Source of the DNA: Planctomycetaceae bacterium
GTDB lineage: Bacteria; Planctomycetota; Planctomycetia; Planctomycetales; Planctomycetaceae
Direction of reading: 5' to 3'
Length of the DNA stretch: 64,000 bases
Assembly: GCA_050485185.1 (NCBI GenBank)
Contig: JBJHAW010000003.1
Location: 27,653-91,652, forward strand
The translations under genes and the position numbers were made by a program. This document shows positions 57,169 to 64,000 of the stretch, piece after piece (position 1 is the stretch's first letter; the number at the start of each line of letters is the position of its first letter). The notes below the pieces were generated by a model, which saw only the letters and a list, made by a program, of their open reading frames with translations, searched no databases and was not told where the DNA came from.

Positions 57169-58170
57169 ATGTGTGGGTTGAAGCCTGAATACTGTTTTGC
57201 AGCCATTGTTTGCAGTGCTTGTTTTCTGGGAGAGATGAGCCACGCGCAAACTCGCCAGTCGAACATGCGACACTGCGTACAACAGCCCTGTGTGCCGGAG
57301 GTTTATCCGGCTCCTGGGGAACCAGTCACGGCAGCACCGGGGCGGCCTCAAGAGGAGCCTCAGGCTGATCAGCCAATGTATGCGGCACCGGCTCCGCCTG
57401 CGATGTATGTGGCTCCTTCCCCGAGTGGCGAGCGGGTCGGGGAAACGCGGTCGTTTGGTCTGCCGGAAATCACATTCACGCTCCCCTCGCTGTCCTTCAG
57501 CACTCCTGGAATCCGCATTCAGGGATTCCGTCGTGGCGTGCGTGATTCTCACATGCGGCTTGATTCCGCCTACGCTCCCCAGACGGCCGGCCAACCTGCA
57601 GTCTATGGCCAGTTGATGGGGGCGACCGTTGGGCAAGTCCATGCGGCTGCGCCGATGAGCGCATCTGCTGGTGGCCCGCGCGATCCCGATTCAGCAGGTG
57701 CAGCCACTCGGCAAGATCGAGATGAGGAACCAGCATCCCCCGCCACTGCGCCTCCACGTGCTCCGGGATACTATCGGGATCCTTGCTCGCACGTGGAGGG
57801 GGCAGCTTCAGAACTTTATTCAGCACAGCAAGAACTGCAGCAACTCAGGCTACAACTGGAATTGCTGCAGCGACAAATTGAAAGTCGTCAGCAGGAGTTG
57901 AACTCCCAGGCCAACCAGTCAAGTCAGCCACCAGCACCTCAACACATTCAGCAGGCCGCCGCGCACTCTTTTCACACAGGCCCTCAGCAACCAGCGCCCC
58001 ACCCCATGATGCTGCAGGAACAGGCTCGACAATTGCCACCTGAAACTCAACGCATTCTGGAAGCACAAAAACAGCGCGAAGCTGCAGAAGCCGCCTTTGA
58101 GTCATACGAACAGAAAAACCCCGCGCCCAAAGGTTGGAAACGCATGCTGCCAACGGGTTTGTTTCCCTGA
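57169..58170 (+). CDS. Secreted hypothetical protein: Pro-rich, beta-rich segment, DPC + Gln-rich coiled coil
   Basis: GGAAGG RBS; signal-like N-terminus ending SHA; LPEITFTLPSLSFSTPGIRIQG; QQELQQLRLQLELLQRQIE. Confidence 0.75.
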   Translation: MCGLKPEYCFAAIVCSACFLGEMSHAQTRQSNMRHCVQQPCVPEVYPAPGEPVTAAPGRPQEEPQADQPMYAAPAPPAMYVAPSPSGERVGETRSFGLPEITFTLPSLSFSTPGIRIQGFRRGVRDSHMRLDSAYAPQTAGQPAVYGQLMGATVGQVHAAAPMSASAGGPRDPDSAGAATRQDRDEEPASPATAPPRAPGYYRDPCSHVEGAASELYSAQQELQQLRLQLELLQRQIESRQQELNSQANQSSQPPAPQHIQQAAAHSFHTGPQQPAPHPMMLQEQARQLPPETQRILEAQKQREAAEAAFESYEQKNPAPKGWKRMLPTGLFP

Positions 58171-58241
58171 TATTCTCATGCCGATTCATTGTCTCGATGG
58201 TGTCGAACAAAACCTGAACCTGGCCAGCGACGGTTTCTATC

Positions 58242-59081
58242 CTAGCGACGCGGAGTTTGTGTTCGGATCTCGGTTGGAAAAATCACGGATCTTCCCTGAT
58301 CGGCAGAGACGCGCAAGTGGTCCAGGGGAATCCAGCACATGAGGTCTTCGCGAAATGTGCCGCCAATGAAGGGCATGCAGTGTGCCTCTCCTCCCCGGAT
58401 CTCCATGCACTTGACGATTTGCCGACCTGGAATCGTGACCGGGATACCGGAATCCTTAGCTATTTGGATGTCTTGAGTCAGTTCATAGACTTCCCCCGCC
58501 TTGTATTGGGGCCCCTCTGGTTGTGTTAGGCGGACTGAGGGGGTCTGCTCCAGACCTGGGCGCCTGAAGGTCGCTCCTGGGATTGGTCTGGGCGTCTCCC
58601 CGGTGGCATGGTGCTGGGGGCTTACTCGTGTTGGCAAATGATCACCTCTCCGGGGAGGAGACCACTCAGAAAGTTCGTGATCGTAGTCTCGTCCTGAGGG
58701 CCTGGCTGTCGAGGGAATCAGGGTGTTGTAAACCGCCTCAAAGTTCTCAATTCTTACCACGTCCTGCTTGGCAACCCAGCCGATTCGAGGTTGCGTCCCA
58801 GGTACGATAGCAACGATGTAATCTTGATTGCTTCCTTCTTCAAATACGACAGTCCCCGCCGGTAACTCCGGGGACGTCTCTCCCTCTGGGAGTTGGATAC
58901 GCTTTCGTGTTTTAAAATCATGCTCCCAGAACTTGGTGTTCTGCGTGGTGACCCACAATCTGTCGGGACCAAATATCATCCCCTCTTGGGCCATTGCAAG
59001 CGGGCTCGTAATGAAGCCAACCATCAAAGTCGTAACGAGCAATATCCCGCTGAGCCCTGATTTGTTACAGATCATGATCAT
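58242..59081 (-). CDS. Secreted hypothetical protein with two putative SH3-like domains
   Basis: Signal peptide ending AMA; LPAGTVVF...RIGWVAKQDV and PGRQIV...MCWIPLDHL resemble SH3b C-termini. Confidence 0.55.
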   Translation of the reverse strand: MIMICNKSGLSGILLVTTLMVGFITSPLAMAQEGMIFGPDRLWVTTQNTKFWEHDFKTRKRIQLPEGETSPELPAGTVVFEEGSNQDYIVAIVPGTQPRIGWVAKQDVVRIENFEAVYNTLIPSTARPSGRDYDHELSEWSPPRRGDHLPTRVSPQHHATGETPRPIPGATFRRPGLEQTPSVRLTQPEGPQYKAGEVYELTQDIQIAKDSGIPVTIPGRQIVKCMEIRGGEAHCMPFIGGTFREDLMCWIPLDHLRVSADQGRSVIFPTEIRTQTPRR

Positions 59082-59314
59082 GCTTCCCGGTAATGAAATG
59101 CTGGCCAGCCTGATGCTTTTCGCCCAGGCATAAATCTAGAAAACCCTCGTGAACACACCCCCCAGTGCCCACTAACTTAGCGAGACTGCCACTTAGTTAC
59201 GAACACCTCGCGTGCTGATGTACATTTTATCCATACCTGAAGAGATGGTAAAGTAAGAATCAGCAAATGCCAGAAAGAAAAACAAACCAGCAAGTGACGA
59301 CATCACCCCATACC

Positions 59315-59944
59315 TCAGTCTTTTATCAGCTGCACGAGTTGGGGGAGGGCGGATTGAAATGCGCGGGCGCGGTGGCTGAGGGTTTGTTTGATGATGGGGG
59401 GGAGTTCGCCGAAGGTTTGGTGGTATTCGCGGATCAGAAAGTAGGGGTCGTAGCCGAAGCCATGGGTGCCGCGGGGGATGCGGGTGATTAAACCATGGCA
59501 GGTCCTTTCCACGGCCAGGCGGATTTCACCGGTCGGGTCGGCCAGGGCCAAGTGGCTGACGTAGTGGGCCGTTCGCTGGGAATCGGGGATGTCGTGCAGG
59601 CGTTCCAGCAGCAGGGCGTTGTTGGATTCGTCGGTCGCCTGCGGTCCACTGAAGCGGGCGGAGTAAATGCCGGGGGCTCCTTGCAAAGCGTCCACACACA
59701 GTCCGCTGTCCTCGCCGATGGCCCAGTGTGCGGTGGCCCGTGCGGTTTCTCGAGCTTTTTTGGCCGCGTTTTCTGCGAAGGTGGTGCCGTCCTCGTCCAC
59801 CTCTGGCACTTCGGGAAAGTCTGCTGCACACAATACCCGGATGCCATGCGGACGCAGCAATTCCTCCATTTCACGGACTTTTTTCGCATTCCGACTGGCC
59901 AGCACCAGCGTGGGAGGAGAGTCTGAAACTGCGGAGTTTGTCAT
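59315..59944 (-). CDS. rdgB: Non-canonical purine NTP pyrophosphatase (RdgB/Ham1)
   Basis: LASRNAKK, EDGTTFAENAAKKA, EDSGL, APGIYSAR, GFGYDP, LSHRARA. Confidence 0.95.
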   Translation of the reverse strand: MTNSAVSDSPPTLVLASRNAKKVREMEELLRPHGIRVLCAADFPEVPEVDEDGTTFAENAAKKARETARATAHWAIGEDSGLCVDALQGAPGIYSARFSGPQATDESNNALLLERLHDIPDSQRTAHYVSHLALADPTGEIRLAVERTCHGLITRIPRGTHGFGYDPYFLIREYHQTFGELPPIIKQTLSHRARAFQSALPQLVQLIKD

Positions 59945-60037
59945 GTTGAGTGGTTGATTAATCGTTTGTTTTGGGGCGTTTGCGTTTGGCTGTCCGAATT
60001 GATGATTCAGACTGGAGTTTTGCGTTAGAGTCTCACT

Positions 60038-60179
60038 CCGTAACATGCGCGCGTCGTGCGCGCATGTTGCAAGTCCTTCTTGTGCGAAATATCCTGTACG
60101 ACGGACTTCTAGTCCGTCGCTTACAAGCTCCGACGGACTAGAAGTCCGTCGTACATGGTTGCGGTGTTGCCGCGTTAGG
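60038..60179. repeat. Inverted REP doublet family D, copy 2
   Basis: Same 24-bp REP pair (60096-60119 / 60131-60154) and flanks as 50314-50502. Confidence 0.85.
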
Positions 60180-60215
60180 GGGGCCGATGTAGGTCTTCAA
60201 GAGATGAGTGGCTAT

Positions 60216-61283
60216 TCATGGAGTGGTTTGCTCGTCGGTGCGGGCGGCTAGATCGTTGGCGGTTTTCAGGATTTCCTGGATCGGAACGGTGAAGGTATCC
60301 GTGCGGCCGGCCCGAGCGATGTTTACGCCGACCAGTTCCCCGTTGAGGTTGACCACCGGTCCGCCACAATGGCGAGGATGCATGAGTGTGTCGTGCTGAA
60401 ACACGCTGCGGAATCCAGTGCGGCGGGGTGAAACATCGCTGCCGAAACGGTTCATGAGGGCCTGGCGGTCCACGGATTTGTCCCAGGAGACACCAATCCG
60501 CAGATGCACATCCCGGATTACTCCCTCGCGTGAAGCATGAAAACTCCACCAGTCTCCCGGTTCGAGTTCCTTCAATTTCTGTTCCAGTAGAGTCCGCTTG
60601 TGCATGGGGGAATCGGGGGTTTCGTACAGGAGATCCCCTTTCCTGATGCCGGCCTGAGAAGCCCCGCTGTTCGCCAGGACTTGAGTCACCAGCAGACCAT
60701 CCGCAGTTTCTTCCACGGCCATGCCCAGATAACCAGACGAGGTGGCAATTTCCCGAGGCTGAGCCCCCAATACTCCTACCCCCAAGGGGAGGCGTTCTTC
60801 GAAACCGAGAGAAATGACCCATTGGCCGGGCTTGAGTTCCTGCGCGATGGGGACTTCCTCTGGTAAACGTGCCCGCGACTCCAGCTCAAGAAAGACCAAA
60901 TCGAGTTCTGGTTCATATCCGACATACCGGGCAGCGACCCACTCTTCCACGGAGATGCGACAGCGGAATTCATCCTTGGGCAATACCACCTTGCCCATTT
61001 CACTGGCCTTGGCGACCACCCAACCCCGAACCGAGTCGATGAGAGTCCCCGGGATGGTGTGACCGCTATTGATTTCCACCTGCAACGCCAACACTCGCGT
61101 CTCAGTGATCAGTTCCCGGAAGGCTTCCTTCAACTTCACTCCGTGACGGGTCGCTTCCTGTTCCAGGATGTCGGCTGCATGCACATGTCCCCGAGGAGCC
61201 ATGGCCAGCATCCCCGATAAGACGACACAGAAAACCAACAACGGCAGAACCAGCCTGCCTTGGCGAGATGGCTTGGTGGTCAT
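60216..61283 (-). CDS. Secreted trypsin-like (S1C/HtrA-like) protein with internal PDZ domain
   Basis: Signal peptide; DLVFLEL, GYLGM...VTQVLANSGASQAGIRKGD (PDZ), CGGPVVNLNGELVGVN. Confidence 0.75.
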   Translation of the reverse strand: MTTKPSRQGRLVLPLLVFCVVLSGMLAMAPRGHVHAADILEQEATRHGVKLKEAFRELITETRVLALQVEINSGHTIPGTLIDSVRGWVVAKASEMGKVVLPKDEFRCRISVEEWVAARYVGYEPELDLVFLELESRARLPEEVPIAQELKPGQWVISLGFEERLPLGVGVLGAQPREIATSSGYLGMAVEETADGLLVTQVLANSGASQAGIRKGDLLYETPDSPMHKRTLLEQKLKELEPGDWWSFHASREGVIRDVHLRIGVSWDKSVDRQALMNRFGSDVSPRRTGFRSVFQHDTLMHPRHCGGPVVNLNGELVGVNIARAGRTDTFTVPIQEILKTANDLAARTDEQTTP

Positions 61284-61567
61284 GATGCGAGTCTTCTCCG
61301 GAAAACATCTAGGCTGAAACATGCAGAACTTCCCCCATCAGAGCGAGGATTGAGCCGCCTGCGAAATCGCGTGCGCGTGGACACTGAATTATACCCCGCC
61401 TCCTTGAGTAGGGACGAGTCCCGGCTTGTGTCGGAAGCGATTTTTCTGGAAAGTCCCTTGGGGGACTGGTCGTGAAATGACTGTCCGAGTTGTGCCCCGA
61501 CTGAAACCCGGATCACACGCATATTCGCTTGGTCAGAAAGGCAGGCGGGAGCACTGCCCTACTTTCC

Positions 61568-62509
61568 TCAGTCTGTGACGGTTTCGATGGTCGGGATCTC
61601 CGTCAGGAAATCGGCGAATTCCTGGGCAGGGTCGAGTAGGAGGGGATAATACGGTTCACGCATCGGTTCTCCGCGAGGAAATTCGGGGTAGGTGCCTGCT
61701 CCGGGACGGTTGGTTTCGTCCACATTGCAAACCACGCCATCTGCGAAGACGTTGATCACCGTGGCGCGCCGCATGCGATCGGAACGATTTTCGTAGGAGC
61801 CGTGCATCAAGGCCGGGTGATGAAAACTGGCCTCTCCCCGAGCCATGACGATCGGGATTTTGCGGTCGAAATCCTGCTGCTGCTCAGGAGACAGCACATC
61901 TCGCACGGCGTACATGTCCCCAGCCAACGCCGTCTTTTCGACCAGCCCCCAATGATGACTGCGAGGAATGTAATGCAGACAGCCGTTGCTTTCGTCCACA
62001 TCGTCCAGTCCGATCCAGCAGGTGAGGTGGGACATCGGTTTCGTCCAGGTCCAGTAGGAGTAATCCTGGTGCCAGGCAACCACTCCTCCGTGCTGGGCCG
62101 GTTTGCTGAAGAGTTGGTCGTGAAACATGCGAAAGCCCTGCCCCAGCAGTTGATAGGCCGGCATCAAGAAAGCCGGATTCCACAGCAGATCATGAAATCC
62201 GGGGCGGACTCGCCAGGCTCCCAACGCATGAAACAACGTCGTCTCCTGGGCAGCCGATTCGTTGCTGTGATACTCATAAAAGAATTCACGACCCGCATGC
62301 TCGGGCTGCGCCATCTCGGCCAATTCCTGCTGCAATTGCTCGATTTGAGTATCCTCCAGCAAACGGATTCCGCGTAGGAATCCCTCGTCCCGAAAGTGTC
62401 GGATTTGGTCGGGAGTGAGCAGATAACGCTCCCACTCCGCCCGACTTTCGGGCCAGGAAAATAACTCCGTGATGAGTCCATGCGTCAAACCCAAATCCGC
62501 GGCGCTCAT
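61568..62509 (-). CDS. Phytanoyl-CoA dioxygenase (PhyH) family Fe(II)/2OG protein
   Basis: WHQDYSYW, WIGLDDVDESNGCL, FHHPALMHGS..NRS..RR. Confidence 0.88.
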   Translation of the reverse strand: MSAADLGLTHGLITELFSWPESRAEWERYLLTPDQIRHFRDEGFLRGIRLLEDTQIEQLQQELAEMAQPEHAGREFFYEYHSNESAAQETTLFHALGAWRVRPGFHDLLWNPAFLMPAYQLLGQGFRMFHDQLFSKPAQHGGVVAWHQDYSYWTWTKPMSHLTCWIGLDDVDESNGCLHYIPRSHHWGLVEKTALAGDMYAVRDVLSPEQQQDFDRKIPIVMARGEASFHHPALMHGSYENRSDRMRRATVINVFADGVVCNVDETNRPGAGTYPEFPRGEPMREPYYPLLLDPAQEFADFLTEIPTIETVTD

Positions 62510-62742
62510 GGAAAGGGTCTCCTGCTTGTGCAATATCGATTTGATGTTCGTGGAGTTGTACGAAAGAGGACTGTCCAGAGTTCGCCCCGCTGTGGGAGCA
62601 CTGCGTACGCCCCAAGTTTACCACAAGCAATCGTCAGGCACAGCCCGGGGGGACGTTTCCTATTTCCCGGGGGCTACGTTACCATTCAAAGCCGAAATGA
62701 GGGGGAGACGACCCAGGGGTTCGGTAACGTCTGCGCGGACAC

Positions 62743-63507
62743 ATGATCGAAGTTCAACAGCTTTCAAAATACTTTCAGGACTTGCGGCTGGGCAAGGTGT
62801 ATGCCCTGCGGGAGGTCAGTTTCGAGGTTCGTCCCGGCGAAATTTTCGGCCTGCTGGGCCCCAACGGAGCCGGCAAAACCACCTGCCTGCGAATTCTCAG
62901 CACTGTGTTACGCCCCTCTGAAGGGCATGCCCTGGTGGCGGGCTTCAACGTGGCCGACTTCCCAACCCAGGTGCGGCAGAACATCGGCTTCATGTCAGGC
63001 AATACGGGCATTTACGATCGCATGACCGCCTGGGAACTGGTGGAGTACTACGGTCGCTTATACGGTCTGCCCGAGGATTTGTTGCAACTCCGCCTGCGCG
63101 AGGTCTTCGAGACGCTGCAGATGGAGGAGATTCGGGATGTGCTGGGGGCCAAAATGTCCACCGGGATGAAACAGAAGGTCTCGATTGCCCGCACCATCAT
63201 TCACGATCCCCCCGTGCTGATCTTCGACGAACCGACCTCGGGGCTGGACGTCCTGGTGGCTCGAGCCCTGCTGAAAGCGATTGAATCTCTCCGCTCGCAG
63301 GGGAAATCAATCATTTTCTCCACCCACATCATGCGTGAAGTCGAGAAGTTGTGCGACCGGATCGCCATCATTCACAAGGGGCACATACTGGCCCAGGGGA
63401 GTATTCCGGACTTGAAGGAAGAACACTCTCAGCCAGACACCGAGGAACTGTTTTTCGACTTGATCACCCACCACGAGCAACAAACTCAGCCCGAGCCGGA
63501 GTTGTGA
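62743..63507 (+). CDS. ABC transporter ATP-binding protein, NatA-like
   Basis: [29 protein letters not shown]. Confidence 0.92.
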   Translation: MIEVQQLSKYFQDLRLGKVYALREVSFEVRPGEIFGLLGPNGAGKTTCLRILSTVLRPSEGHALVAGFNVADFPTQVRQNIGFMSGNTGIYDRMTAWELVEYYGRLYGLPEDLLQLRLREVFETLQMEEIRDVLGAKMSTGMKQKVSIARTIIHDPPVLIFDEPTSGLDVLVARALLKAIESLRSQGKSIIFSTHIMREVEKLCDRIAIIHKGHILAQGSIPDLKEEHSQPDTEELFFDLITHHEQQTQPEPEL

Positions 63508-63660
63508 GTTCCCGGCAGGAGTCACTCTGGGAGACTCCGTGTGGTGGCGTTTGCCGACATCTGTAGCGAAGTGTGCTATGCTGGCGACGCGGAGCAGAAC
63601 AGTTGGCACGGAGAGTTCCGGATTCAGTCTGCAATCGGTTGAGGGAAGAAGGCGCACGTA

Positions 63661-64000
63661 ATGAGTTGGCGAAACATCCGCTTGATCTTTCGACGCGAGG
63701 TGAGCGATCAGCTGCGGGATCGCCGCACGTTGTTCATGGTGGTGGTGCTCCCCCTGCTGCTGTATCCCGCGTTAGGGATCGGCATGCTGCAGATGTCGCT
63801 GCTGTTTTCCGAACAGGCCCGGACAGTGGTGATCCTGGGAGCCGACGATCTTCCGCGACCGCGTCTGCTGAACAATCGCCAGGACCGTTTTCGGGGACGC
63901 TGGTTCGTGAATCCGGGGGATGCCTTGACGTTGAAGGTGGTCAGCGATCATGCCCCAGCCTTGCGGACTCAGGAGGAAACGGCAGCCGCTGATGCGCAGA
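63661..64000 (+). CDS. ABC transporter permease, NatB-like, truncated by window end
   Basis: ATG 63661: [36 protein letters not shown]; downstream of the ATPase; not in the ORF track. Confidence 0.85.
   Translation, partial: MSWRNIRLIFRREVSDQLRDRRTLFMVVVLPLLLYPALGIGMLQMSLLFSEQARTVVILGADDLPRPRLLNNRQDRFRGRWFVNPGDALTLKVVSDHAPALRTQEETAAADAQ

Noticed and set aside
54633-58170. Reading the cluster as an anti-phage caspase or gasdermin system, or as a RiPP cluster
   Set aside because: All products look exported; no gasdermin, CARD/TIR, NLR-ATPase, CHAT-TPR or RiPP-modifying enzyme motifs are visible

Overview
Chromosomal window from a Planctomycetota bacterium, probably Planctomycetaceae-like. This is inferred from DUF1559, DUF1501, BBP7, DUF1080/heme-c and FHA-GAF-sigma54 genes plus planctomycete-style palindromic repeats. 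Most of it is housekeeping or lineage-typical: mgtE, icd, apbE, leuCD, pcm, recJ, ptsI, an RpoD-type sigma factor, glgC, rdgB and a NatAB-like ABC transporter. Intergenic regions carry at least six short palindromic (REP-like) repeat families. No rRNA, tRNA, CRISPR array or transposase was seen. The most interesting part is an AT-richer block at 52.4-59.1 kb. There a GNAT + FabH pair is divergent from an apparently exported caspase-fold (clan CD) protease with a sigma-54-like promoter. The protease is followed by three secreted low-complexity/coiled-coil proteins. The protease and two of these proteins share an AGAA[S/T] motif, and those two also share a DPC-coiled-coil motif, suggesting an undescribed extracytoplasmic protease-plus-substrate system. 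Other notable items are an orphan integron-cassette-like ORF with a truncated attC-like hairpin, a mirror-periodic Val/Pro/Cys protein, small Cys-rich and Tyr-rich secreted proteins, a PDZ-split HtrA-like pseudoprotease and a modular 90-bp REP element. All family calls come from motif recognition by eye, not database searches. Several starts were moved downstream of the ORF-track start to the best RBS or motif-supported codon.
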